A stretch of 64,000 nt of DNA from Kiritimatiellia bacterium (GTDB taxonomy: Bacteria > Verrucomicrobiota > Kiritimatiellia > RFP12 > UBA1067): NCBI GenBank assembly GCA_045656285.1, contig JAZOQY010000057.1, positions 1,845 through 65,844 of the forward strand, in the 5' to 3' direction. Below are positions 34,974-44,023 of the stretch, one piece after another. The stretch's first letter is position 1. Every line of letters begins with the position of its first letter. The notes beneath the pieces are model-generated. The model was given only the letters and a program-made list of their open reading frames with translations, had not been told where the DNA came from and did no database searches. A program made the translations under genes and the position numbers.

Positions 34974-37557
34974 GTTTCCTCCCGCCTTTGCGCTTCACTT
35001 CGACAGTCTCGGAGACGCCCTTTATGACTTCGGCGTCCTTTTCGTTGCTTGAAGGGATGTTGTCGATCCCCAAGGCGACGGCCTTGGCGGCGAAATCAGG
35101 AATCTTGTCTCTGTAGGCGACCGCCACGCGCTTGAGCGCCATGACCTGTCTGTCGCTGAGGGAATGCCGTCTGTCGTACTGGTCCGCCAGCGATTCGACA
35201 AAACTCTTGTCGTCATACACCTTCTTGCCCTTCTTCGAAGGAGCTCGCCATTCGGTGACCGTAGACATCAGCTTCAAGAGTTCGGGAATCATCGGATCGT
35301 TCTCCGTCTTGCAAAAGCCGCCCGGAACGAACGGTTCGAGCTTCGCGCGCACATCGGCGCAATCCTCCAGCGAAGAGGCGTTCTCTCCGACGGCGCGGGC
35401 AAGAACCGCAAACTGCTTCATAGACAGCCCCCTGCCGCGGTCGACCTGATCCTTGAGGCTCTTGAGGAATGGATTCTTCAGCATTCCTCCGATACGGTTC
35501 ATGACATCGAAACAGTATTTGACGAGCTCTGCATCCGCCTTCTCGACCGCATTCTGGGACTTGAAGGAAAGCCCGGACTCCGTGAGGCGCTGATCGAAAT
35601 TCGATATCTGATCGGAATACATGACAGCCATCTTTACGAGAAACTCAAGCTGCCGCGCCGAGAGGGGCCGCCCTTCCTCAGCCTGCTTCTGCACGCTTTC
35701 GACAAAAGCCTTGTCGTCATAAACGCGCTTGCCGATCGTCTTGGCGCTCTTCCAGACCTTCACCTCGGAAAGAAGATCGAAAACCGCATCGAACTTCGCC
35801 ATGTCGGGAGCCGGCTCGGCGCATGCGGCGAGCTCCTTCAGGAACTTCGAGTAGAAGGCGCTCAGCATCGAATCCATCGGCTCGCCCTTCTCCTCGACCT
35901 TGTCGAGTTCAGCCTCCATCTCTGCCGTGTAACCGACATTGAAAAGGGAATCGAGCTTTTTGGTCAGATAATCGCAAACAAGGATGCCGCGCTCCATGGG
36001 AATGAGTTTGCGCTTTTCGGTCTTGGCGTATTCGCGAAGCTTCAACGTCTCTATCGTCTGGGCGTAGGTGGACGGACGTCCGACGCCGTTTTCTTCGAGA
36101 GCCTTGATGAGGGACGCCTCGGAATAATGGGACGGGCCCTTGGTCTCCTTCTCGTCGGCGATATACCGGATCGCATCCAGCCTCTCGCCGACATCGAGCG
36201 GAGGAAGATGCTTAACCTCGTCGCTGTCCTCGCCATCTTCCTCTTCGCCGCGCTTTTTCTTCAGCGACAGATTCATCACCTTGAGAAAACCGCTGAAATC
36301 GATTTCGGTTGCGCTGGCCGTAAACGTATACGAATGGGCGAGAGCCGGCTTGCGGGCCTCGAGGACGGCAGTCTTGACGGTTGTCCTCGCATCAGCCATC
36401 TGGCTGGCCAGGAACCTGCGCCAGACAAGATCGTAAAGCTTGAGCTCCGACGCTTCGAGCTTCGAGGCGTCGGGGGTGAGATTTACATCCGTCGGACGTA
36501 TCGCCTCGTGCGCCCCCTGGGCGTCAGCCTTCGATTTGAAGAAGTTCGGAGTCTCGGGATAATACTCTCCGCCGAACTCTCTTATGATGAATTCCTTCGC
36601 GGCGGCGCGCGCCTGATCGCTCACGTTCACCGAGTCGGTACGCATATACGTGATAAGGCCGCTTTCGTAGAGAGACTGGGCGATCTTCATCGCCTTCCCG
36701 GGCGACATGGAAAGTACGCTGGAGGCCGCCTGCTGCAGGGTAGACGTCGTGAACGGCGGCAGAGCATGGCGCTTCTTCGGCAGGGACTTCAGGTCGGAGA
36801 CCTCTAGCTCCGCTCCGGAGAGATCCAGCAGGATGTTGTCCGCCGTCTGATTGCTGCGGATATCGGGTTTTTCGCCGTCGAACCTGGCAAGCTTCGCGAC
36901 AAAAGTCTCGCCTGCGGCGTCGCGCTTCCTGGCCTCCACGCCCATAAGGAAATATTTCTCGGGCACGAAGGCGTCGATCTCCCGCTGGCGCTCGACAAGC
37001 AGCCTCAACGCAACCGACTGCACACGCCCGGCGCTTAACGTCCGGTTGTTGGCGCAGGCGATATATTTCCAGAGCAGCGGCGAAACCTTGTAGCCGACAA
37101 GTCGATCAAGGATGCGCCGGGCCTGTTGAGCGTCGACGCGGGGCATGTCGATATCGCGAGGCTCGGCAACGGCCTTAAGGACGGCGGATTTCGTAATTTC
37201 ATTGTAGGTGACGCGTCTGAACGGCTTGTCGCCCGCGACGGGAGCGAGAACCTCCTTCAAATGCCAGGCTATAGCCTCTCCTTCGCGGTCCGGATCGCTC
37301 GCAAGATATATTTCATCTGACTTCTCGACGGCGGCCTTCAGCTCCGAAACAACCTTCTCTTTGCCTTTTGAAACGACGTAGGAAGGCGTAAACGACCACG
37401 CGCCTTCGCCTTTTTCCGTTATCTTTATCGCGCTGTTTTCGGTCGGCAAGTCACGTATATGACCGACGGAACTCTTGACCGCAAACTCGCCGCCAAGATA
37501 CTTGCCTATGGTTTTCGCCTTTGCGGGCGATTCCACGATCAACAATTTCTTACCCAT
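34963..37557 (-). CDS. topA: DNA topoisomerase I
   Basis: MGKKLLIVESPAKAKTIGKYLG Toprim N-terminus (ATG at 37557, AGGAG 12 nt upstream) and the active-site region ITYMRTDS. The long C-terminal extension lacks classic Zn fingers. Confidence 0.93.
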   Translation of the reverse strand: MGKKLLIVESPAKAKTIGKYLGGEFAVKSSVGHIRDLPTENSAIKITEKGEGAWSFTPSYVVSKGKEKVVSELKAAVEKSDEIYLASDPDREGEAIAWHLKEVLAPVAGDKPFRRVTYNEITKSAVLKAVAEPRDIDMPRVDAQQARRILDRLVGYKVSPLLWKYIACANNRTLSAGRVQSVALRLLVERQREIDAFVPEKYFLMGVEARKRDAAGETFVAKLARFDGEKPDIRSNQTADNILLDLSGAELEVSDLKSLPKKRHALPPFTTSTLQQAASSVLSMSPGKAMKIAQSLYESGLITYMRTDSVNVSDQARAAAKEFIIREFGGEYYPETPNFFKSKADAQGAHEAIRPTDVNLTPDASKLEASELKLYDLVWRRFLASQMADARTTVKTAVLEARKPALAHSYTFTASATEIDFSGFLKVMNLSLKKKRGEEEDGEDSDEVKHLPPLDVGERLDAIRYIADEKETKGPSHYSEASLIKALEENGVGRPSTYAQTIETLKLREYAKTEKRKLIPMERGILVCDYLTKKLDSLFNVGYTAEMEAELDKVEEKGEPMDSMLSAFYSKFLKELAACAEPAPDMAKFDAVFDLLSEVKVWKSAKTIGKRVYDDKAFVESVQKQAEEGRPLSARQLEFLVKMAVMYSDQISNFDQRLTESGLSFKSQNAVEKADAELVKYCFDVMNRIGGMLKNPFLKSLKDQVDRGRGLSMKQFAVLARAVGENASSLEDCADVRAKLEPFVPGGFCKTENDPMIPELLKLMSTVTEWRAPSKKGKKVYDDKSFVESLADQYDRRHSLSDRQVMALKRVAVAYRDKIPDFAAKAVALGIDNIPSSNEKDAEVIKGVSETVEVKRKGGRKRGG

Positions 37558-37624
37558 AATTTGACTGTTCTCCTGAACTGCGAACCCGACTGCAGTCCGC
37601 ACATGCATTCATGCATTATTATTA

Positions 37625-37653
37625 ACTATACACCACAGCAGAGGTTATGTCAA
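37625..37653 (-). promoter_or_regulatory. canonical sigma70 promoter TTGACA-17-TATAGT for topA
   Basis: Minus strand: TTGACA (37653-37648), 17-nt spacer, TATAGT (37630-37625). The ATG lies 67 nt downstream. Confidence 0.65.
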
Positions 37654-37777
37654 GAGGTTGGAATGCTGGAACGATGCGCTCCACTCCCGTCCCGCCGGCA
37701 AACCGTCCCTTTAAACCTCGACAGGACACCGACCTTAAAAATGCGACTTCGCTGCATCAAGGAAGACGGGCGGTGCC

Positions 37778-38470
37778 TCAGCACGTCTCAAACTTGACGC
37801 GCCAAGGCCCTTTCGCTCGCCAGCATTCCCGCACGGCTTCGACCGTCGGCTCGACATACAACGCGCTAGCCTGATGACGGAACCATGTATCCTGCCGCTT
37901 TGCAAGCTGGCATGTGCGAATGAAAATCCTCTCGCGATCGTCTCCTTCGCGATATCCGATGGCGAGAGCGGCCGTCCTGGACCAGTTCGGATACAGTTCG
38001 CGAAGCGCCCTCTTCTCTTCCTCGAGACCGGCCATGAACATATCGTCAAGCCGGTCCGCGATACGCCTGCGGACAACAGCGCGGTCGATTTTAATGACGG
38101 GATATTCCGGCGGAGGATCTTTCCACTCGCCGTCCAGGCCTCGCAAAAGCGCCGAAAAATAAAGGCCTGTCCCGCCCACGATGATGACAGGCACATTGCC
38201 GGGAACGGTTTTGATCCACTCTGCCGACGCCCTCAGCCACGCCCCGGAGGAAAACTCCTCCGCGGGAGTCACCAGATCGACTCCGCCCATCCCGAACTCC
38301 TCGATCTCGGAATGCGGCGGCTTCGCGGTTCCGATATCCATGCCCTTGTAGACGAGCATCGAATCTGCGCTTAAAATCCGAGCCCCCATCTCACGGGCCA
38401 GCGCAGAAGCTATCGCACTCTTCCCGCTAGCCGTGGGCCCCGCCAGGATATAAGCGTCTCGCTCGATCAT
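37778..38470 (-). CDS. miaA: tRNA dimethylallyltransferase-like protein (compact, 230 aa)
   Basis: GPTASGKSAIA P-loop and SADSMLVYKGMDIGTAKP motif of MiaA. About 70-80 aa shorter than typical MiaA. Confidence 0.75.
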   Translation of the reverse strand: MIERDAYILAGPTASGKSAIASALAREMGARILSADSMLVYKGMDIGTAKPPHSEIEEFGMGGVDLVTPAEEFSSGAWLRASAEWIKTVPGNVPVIIVGGTGLYFSALLRGLDGEWKDPPPEYPVIKIDRAVVRRRIADRLDDMFMAGLEEEKRALRELYPNWSRTAALAIGYREGDDRERIFIRTCQLAKRQDTWFRHQASALYVEPTVEAVRECWRAKGPWRVKFETC

Positions 38471-38958
38471 TTAGACTTCTTCTCGTGCTTTGCGGCCGCA
38501 AAGGAAAGAAAGATCAGAAGAAACGCAGAGCAGGTTATCAAAATGTCGGCAACGTTGAAACACGGGAAATGATACGCGTCGCCCCAGTGAAAATCCAGGA
38601 AGTCGACGACATATCCGCGCCATACGCGATCGATGAGATTCCCGATGATTCCCGCATAAAGCAGCGTCTCGGCGACGCAGCTCGCCTTGACGCACCACGA
38701 AGGCCCTTCCGTAATGAAGAAATCCTTGCGGCGCCAGACCAGAAGCGCCATTACCGATATCGCAAAAACCGCAAGCGGCCAGACCTGCCCCTGAAACATT
38801 CCCCATGCGCATCCCCTGTTCTCGACATACGTCAGATTGAAGAAGCCGGGAATGACAGGAACCGAGCCTCCCGCAAGATGATGGATCGCAAGCTCCTTGG
38901 TCAAAGCGTCAATGACCAGGAGATGAAGCGCGGCAACTATAAGCTTGATCGCGTACAT
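38467..38958 (-). CDS. lspA: lipoprotein signal peptidase (signal peptidase II)
   Basis: Track ORF trimmed to MYAIKLIV (38958), directly after the upstream stop at 38961. NLTYVENRGCAWGMF and FNVADI motifs. Confidence 0.88.
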   Translation of the reverse strand: MYAIKLIVAALHLLVIDALTKELAIHHLAGGSVPVIPGFFNLTYVENRGCAWGMFQGQVWPLAVFAISVMALLVWRRKDFFITEGPSWCVKASCVAETLLYAGIIGNLIDRVWRGYVVDFLDFHWGDAYHFPCFNVADILITCSAFLLIFLSFAAAKHEKKSK

Positions 38959-38960
38959 GT

Positions 38961-39743
38961 TCAGCCGCGCTTGCGCTCCATCTCGCTCTGGCATTCCATG
39001 CAGGTAAGCACAAACGGCTGATTGAGGAGTCGCGGCTTGCGGATAAGCTGGCCGCAAACGGTGCAAACGCCGTAGGAGCCGTCCTCGATCCGGTGCAAAG
39101 CCTCTTCGATCTGCTGGATCGTGCGGTTGATGTTGCCCATCTGGCCGAGCGCCTGGAGCCTCAACGTCTGATTGGTGCCGTCGCCGCCGTCGGCCTCGTG
39201 ATCGCCCGACTCGTTGAAGCCGGTCGCCTTCATGGCGTCGACGCCTTTGAGCGCCGCTTCCCTGGCCTCAAGGAGCTTCTTGCGGAAATCCTTGAGATCA
39301 GATGCGGGGAACTTGACGGTGTTTTTGCCCTGGGCACGCGTTGTGGGTCTGCGCGAAAGACGAATCTCATTCTCGCGACGGCTCTCGTCCTCGTTGCGCG
39401 CGGAACGCTTCATCTCCTCGGCGATGGACATCGCGAAAGCGATTGCCTTGGAGGTGTCGGTGATCACGACGGGCTTCGGAGGGGTCTTCGTTATGACGGG
39501 AGCCTTGCGCGTGATGCGCGGAGGAACGCGCTTGATTTCGGGCTTCGCCGCAGGGGCCTCCTTCGCTTTGGCGACAGGGCTCTCCTTGGCGGGCTTTTTG
39601 ACGGCGGCCTTCACGGCGGCGACTTTCTTGGCTTCGGCTTTCGCAGAGACCTTTGGTGCCGCCTTTTTAGGAGCCGGCTTCTTGGTCGCTACCGTTTTTT
39701 TCGCCTGTTTCTTGGCCGAATTCGACTTAATTATAAATCCCAT
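38961..39743 (-). CDS. DksA/TraR C4 zinc-finger protein with a Lys/Ala-rich histone-H1-like N-terminal tail
   Basis: The C-terminus CTVCGQLIRKPRLLNQPFVLTCMECQ is DksA-type. The N-terminal ~100 aa read KKQAKKTVATKKPAPKKAAPKVSAKAEAKKVAAVKAAVKKPAK. AAAGGAGG lies 7 nt before the ATG at 39743. Confidence 0.75.
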   Translation of the reverse strand: MGFIIKSNSAKKQAKKTVATKKPAPKKAAPKVSAKAEAKKVAAVKAAVKKPAKESPVAKAKEAPAAKPEIKRVPPRITRKAPVITKTPPKPVVITDTSKAIAFAMSIAEEMKRSARNEDESRRENEIRLSRRPTTRAQGKNTVKFPASDLKDFRKKLLEAREAALKGVDAMKATGFNESGDHEADGGDGTNQTLRLQALGQMGNINRTIQQIEEALHRIEDGSYGVCTVCGQLIRKPRLLNQPFVLTCMECQSEMERKRG

Positions 39744-39784
39744 GACGGTTCCTCCTTTCGATGTACATCCTCGCAACGCGTGCT

Positions 39785-39793
39785 ATTGTATCA
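39785..39793 (-). promoter_or_regulatory. extended -10-like element (TGATACAAT) upstream of the dksA-like gene
   Basis: Minus strand reads aatATGATACAATagc, 41 nt upstream of the ATG at 39743. It overlaps the 3' end of the upstream gene. Confidence 0.4.
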
Positions 39794-41806
39794 TATTTGC
39801 ATTCCGGAAGGAAGTTTTATCCACTCGCGCGCAACTTCTCCGAGAGGTTCGATCCTGACGATCGTCGCGAAGACGGCGGCCCCCTCTGAGCCGGGAAGCT
39901 CAAACTGGTCGCCGGGCTTCTTGCCGAGCATGTTCTCGGCGAGCTTCGCCTTGGAAGAGAGGATTCCCAGCTCCGTATCGTTGTCCCATTCGCCGAGCAC
40001 GTGATATGTGCGCTCGCCGTCGGGCGCGGCAATGACGACAGTGACGCCGGGCATGACCTCCTGCGTAGTCGCATCGGAGAAATCCCACGGCTTGACCGCC
40101 TCGAGATCGGCCTGCATGAGAGACTGCTTCTGCATGAGCGCACGCTGCTCGTCCTTTGCGTACTGATACTCGGCGTTTTCGCTCAGGTCGCCGTAACTCT
40201 TTGCGAACTCGATGCGCTTTACGTTGGCGGGCATATCCTCGTTGATGAGCTTCAGATACTCCGCCTTTCTCATCGCAAAGCTGCGGTAGCTCGTAATGCG
40301 GGCATATTCCTTTTTCTTCTCGATCTTGACGATATGCGATTCGAGAAGCGGCGCGATGCGGGCCATTCTTACGACGATGGTGTGGTGGGTCGAATGGTCC
40401 CATGCGATGGAGGCCTGGAAACGCTCGAAGAAAACGACCTTTGAAGCGTCGTCCAGCCAGCCGAGAACCTTCTCGAGCCACTTGACGTCCGAGAAAAGGC
40501 GACGGACCATATTCTGCATCTTGAGGATCTCGCCGCTCTGACGGCCTTCGCCGAGCGCGATGGCGTGGGTCAGGATCGTGACAAGCGCAGGAAGCTCCGT
40601 CCAGTCCTTGAACATCTCGTACTTGCCGACGATGAGCGTCGTAAGCGTGGCGGGAGCCTTCGGGCGGCGCATAAACTCGCCGATCGTCTCGCGGCACGCG
40701 CTTTCCTTGGCGAACCGGGAAACGACCTCGGTCACCGCCGTGAAGCAGAATTCGTCAAGCGACCTGAAAAGCTTGAGCTTGTTCTCGTCGTCGGTCGCGA
40801 GAAGCTTTATCATGGCGCCGACCTCACGCGCCGGAAGCTCGGCGGCGGCCTTGACATAGCGCTTGCGCTCGCGCAGATACTCGAGCATTTCGGCCATGGG
40901 CGGATTCGCGAATCCGAGATCCGTCACGGTGACGGCGAGACGGGCGTAGAGCGCGTCGTCGACCTTGCGGGCGGCCGTGACGGCGAACGCGAGACGCTCG
41001 TTGATTTTGGCCTTGGCGGAGTCGTCGGCATCCTTGAACTTGCCCTGCGAAACGAATTCGCGAACGGAAGCGAGGATGAGCTTCGGATCGGTCTCGTGGC
41101 TGAACGCGGTAAACCAGACGTCGCCGTAATTCTCGACGGAAGCCCTGAGACGGATCGGATCCGTGCGCTTGACGGGAATCTCGACCAGTTCATCCTTGCG
41201 CAGATCGGCACGGACGCCCTCCCAGAACTTCTTCCAGTTGACCGCCTTTACGAAACCGTTGTTCACGCAGATGGTCTCAAGCTTCGTGATGGGCATGTCG
41301 CCGTAGCTTCTGAGGACGGCCTTTACGAGATCGGCGGGCTTGTCCTTGAGCATCGCTTCAAACGCGGAGGGATCGGCATGGCGCATGACGAGAACATGAT
41401 CTTCGCTCGGGACCTCGAGCATGTCGACCGCAGCGGCGTAGGAGAACTGATGGCCTCTCTTGACCTTGAAATCAACCGTGATCTTCCTGTAGAAGTAATC
41501 GAGTCGCTTTACCGTTCCGAGACCCCAGGTGTCGTTGAGGACAAGGGCACCGACCTGAAAGCTGACAAGCTTCTCGAGAACGACGAGAGTCTTGTCCAGG
41601 GGCGCCGCGCCGAAATTGGCGCCGTCCAAAAACGAAAGAAGAAGACGGTCATTGGTCGTCTTCTTCAGCAGATCCTTGATTCCTTCGGGAGCGATGTTCT
41701 TCGCAAGCTCAACCCTGTTTTCGCGCACGAGTTTGAAGGCACGCTCGAAATCGCGCTTCTCGGCGCATTCATTCAGTTCTTTTACCAACGTTTCACTGAC
41801 GTTCAT
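39791..41806 (-). CDS. long GreA/GreB-domain protein (N-terminal ~500-aa extension + C-terminal Gre factor domain)
   Basis: The C-terminal FAKSYGDLSENAEYQYAKDEQRALMQKQ region plus a globular domain is GreA-like. The second ATG (41806) is preferred because AAGGAG abuts the first ATG at 41812. Confidence 0.75.
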   Translation of the reverse strand: MNVSETLVKELNECAEKRDFERAFKLVRENRVELAKNIAPEGIKDLLKKTTNDRLLLSFLDGANFGAAPLDKTLVVLEKLVSFQVGALVLNDTWGLGTVKRLDYFYRKITVDFKVKRGHQFSYAAAVDMLEVPSEDHVLVMRHADPSAFEAMLKDKPADLVKAVLRSYGDMPITKLETICVNNGFVKAVNWKKFWEGVRADLRKDELVEIPVKRTDPIRLRASVENYGDVWFTAFSHETDPKLILASVREFVSQGKFKDADDSAKAKINERLAFAVTAARKVDDALYARLAVTVTDLGFANPPMAEMLEYLRERKRYVKAAAELPAREVGAMIKLLATDDENKLKLFRSLDEFCFTAVTEVVSRFAKESACRETIGEFMRRPKAPATLTTLIVGKYEMFKDWTELPALVTILTHAIALGEGRQSGEILKMQNMVRRLFSDVKWLEKVLGWLDDASKVVFFERFQASIAWDHSTHHTIVVRMARIAPLLESHIVKIEKKKEYARITSYRSFAMRKAEYLKLINEDMPANVKRIEFAKSYGDLSENAEYQYAKDEQRALMQKQSLMQADLEAVKPWDFSDATTQEVMPGVTVVIAAPDGERTYHVLGEWDNDTELGILSSKAKLAENMLGKKPGDQFELPGSEGAAVFATIVRIEPLGEVAREWIKLPSGMQI

Positions 41807-41835
41807 TTTCATCTCCTTGAAATTTTAGTGCGAAG

Positions 41836-41844
41836 ATTATACCA
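41836..41844 (-). promoter_or_regulatory. extended -10 element (TGGTATAAT) upstream of the greA-like gene
   Basis: Minus strand reads gttttTTGGTATAATcttcgc, 23-29 nt upstream of the start. Confidence 0.5.
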
Positions 41845-41903
41845 AAAAACAGCCGCTCTGTCTCGCGCAAATGGGATTTTCGCTCGACTTCACGCATAAG
41901 GCG

Positions 41904-43997
41904 CTACTGCGCAAAAAGCTCAAGCTGACCCTGCGCCTGGTAAACCAGCATCGAGTAGCCGTTGGCGACCCTGCAGCCGGCGGCCGATGCGCGTTCCATG
42001 AGCGGAGTCACCGCAGGAACGTACCGCAGATCATACACCATTTCGCGCCCCGAGAACGAGTATTCCGCGATCGGATCGACCGGGGTCGCGTTGACAATGA
42101 GATCGAACCCCTGCGTCAGCGCCCTGCGATGGAAGACCTCCGTCTCCGCGCCTAGGCGTCTCAAGGCGGCCAGCACGGCCTTGGCGGCTCCGCCCGCGCC
42201 GAGCAGCGCCACCTTCATCCCGGAAAGGCTCTCCCGGGCCGTAAACTCGAGGATCGCCCTGGCGAACCCCGTTTCATCGGTGTTGTAGCCGAGCTTTCTG
42301 CCGTCTTTGAAGACAACCGTGTTGACGGCCCCGATCTCCCGCGCCGCATCATCGACAAAATCGAGGTATCGCATCACCGACTCCTTGTGCGGAATCGTGA
42401 CGGCCATCCCCTTCACGTCGCACCGCTCCGCAAACCGAAGCGCCTCTTCTGCCGTCTCGGCGGGATACGGAACCATTTCGGCCTTTCGGGCGGCCCTCGC
42501 ATGCGCGGCATTGTGGATCTCCGGGCTGGACGTTTTCAGAAGCGGCCACCCGGTGACGGCGTAAAGATCCATCTTGAGCTCGTCCCAGAAACGCGGATAC
42601 GATTTGCAGACGCATCCGCTCGTGTGAATGAGAACGGGCGAATCGAGGCTTGTCGCATAAATCGCAGCGGCCATTGCGATGCGGTGGTCGTTCTTCGGAT
42701 CGACATCATAGGGGTCGGCGAACACGTCCTCCATGGCGGCGAGCCGGTCGGATTCCTTTATCCTGAGCCGTTCGGTGCCGGTGAAGACGGCATTCGCGCC
42801 GAGAGCCTTGTTCACCGCGGCAAGCGCGGGATAGTTGTCGGGACAGCCGGAGACATCGACCGTCTCTGCGCGCTTCACCTTCTCGATAAGCTCCGCGATG
42901 ACGGCGTCAGGCTGCCGCGAGCGGGGATCAAGCCCCTCGATGGAAATCTCGCTCCCGAGCGCGTTCGCCGCGAACCAGAAGGCCGCGCCGCTCCAGTCGG
43001 CCTCGGGCCTTGCCTCCCCGGGCGAGACATACCTCTGGGAGCCGCGCACGAAAAATCCCGCGTCGGTCGCATCGACTTCGATGCCGTAGCGTTCCAGAAC
43101 CTGGAGCGTCATGTCGACATAGCCGCGCGACTCGAGAGGCGAGGCAAAGCGGATTTCCGAATCTTCCTCCAGCAGCGGAAGCGCGAACAGGAGCCCGGTC
43201 ACAAACTGGGACGAGACATCGCCGCGCAATTCGTGCACGCCGCCCTTCAGCCCGTCGTATTCGATCATCGGACGCTCCGCCAGCCGGCCTCGACGGACGA
43301 ATTCGGCCTTGATGCCTAGCGCGGCGGCTATCGGCGCGAAAAACCTAAGCGTGGAACCGCTCTCGCCGCAATCGAGAACGGCGGTTTTGCTCCCCGCTTC
43401 GCGCGCCTCGGCGAGCGCGGAGATGCAGCGCCGCGTAGCGTCGATGTCGGCGCATTCGCCCGCCTCGGACGGTATCGTATCCCCGCCCGCAAGAAACTCG
43501 GCGATGAGAAGCCTGTGAAGATGCGACTTCGACACCGGCGGCCTGATCGCCCCGCGCAATTTGCGCGGCAGAAGGATCCTGGTGTCGCTCTTCACATGAT
43601 GGGCGAACGATGCGTAGTGCGCCCTTCTCTCGGCAAGCATGTTCCCGAGCGGACGAGAACGGCCGCCGGCGGCGATCCGCGCGGCGATCGTATCGTCGTC
43701 GACATCGAGAACCGCGACAAAACCGTGCTCTTCGGCAAAGGCCCTGTTTGACGGATCAAGAAGCGTTCCGCCGCCGAGCGCGACGATCGGCGCGGTTGCG
43801 GCGCGAAGAGCTTCGCTCTCCATCCGCCGGAATTCCGCCTCGCCCTTCGTTCCGAAAATTTCAGGGATCGAACATCCGGCGCGGCGGACGATCTCTTCGT
43901 CGAGATCGACATACATGCGGCCGTATTCCCTTGCCAGTCGCCTGGCAAGAGTCGTTTTGCCGCTCGCGGGCGGCCCGTAAAGATAAAGAGTCTTCAT
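41904..43997 (-). CDS. trifunctional shikimate-pathway fusion: shikimate kinase + EPSP synthase + shikimate dehydrogenase
   Basis: - AroK: MKTLYLYGPPASGKTTLARRLA.
- AroA: PPVSKSHLHR, VSSQFVTGLLFALPL, RIKESDRLAAM, NDHRIAMAAAI.
- AroE: AVTIPHKESV, GAVNTVV, LLGAGGAAKAV.

Start trimmed to 43997 to avoid overlap with the upstream gene. Confidence 0.8.
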   Translation of the reverse strand: MKTLYLYGPPASGKTTLARRLAREYGRMYVDLDEEIVRRAGCSIPEIFGTKGEAEFRRMESEALRAATAPIVALGGGTLLDPSNRAFAEEHGFVAVLDVDDDTIAARIAAGGRSRPLGNMLAERRAHYASFAHHVKSDTRILLPRKLRGAIRPPVSKSHLHRLLIAEFLAGGDTIPSEAGECADIDATRRCISALAEAREAGSKTAVLDCGESGSTLRFFAPIAAALGIKAEFVRRGRLAERPMIEYDGLKGGVHELRGDVSSQFVTGLLFALPLLEEDSEIRFASPLESRGYVDMTLQVLERYGIEVDATDAGFFVRGSQRYVSPGEARPEADWSGAAFWFAANALGSEISIEGLDPRSRQPDAVIAELIEKVKRAETVDVSGCPDNYPALAAVNKALGANAVFTGTERLRIKESDRLAAMEDVFADPYDVDPKNDHRIAMAAAIYATSLDSPVLIHTSGCVCKSYPRFWDELKMDLYAVTGWPLLKTSSPEIHNAAHARAARKAEMVPYPAETAEEALRFAERCDVKGMAVTIPHKESVMRYLDFVDDAAREIGAVNTVVFKDGRKLGYNTDETGFARAILEFTARESLSGMKVALLGAGGAAKAVLAALRRLGAETEVFHRRALTQGFDLIVNATPVDPIAEYSFSGREMVYDLRYVPAVTPLMERASAAGCRVANGYSMLVYQAQGQLELFAQ

Positions 43998-44023
43998 GGC
44001 CGGTAAACAGAACCGTATCCGGT

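Noticed and set aside
37700-37777. A possible terminator (GCGAAGTCGC followed by a T-run) after miaA, and possible small RNA content in the 220-bp miaA-topA spacer.
   Set aside because: The stem is only ~3 bp. I could not fold a convincing structure by hand, and the spacer is adequately explained by the topA promoter and leader.
37778-38470. The short miaA as a truncated pseudogene.
   Set aside because: The ORF is intact from an ATGA-coupled start to a proper stop, and both N- and C-terminal conserved regions are in frame. The shortening is an internal domain absence, so it is reported as a finding instead.
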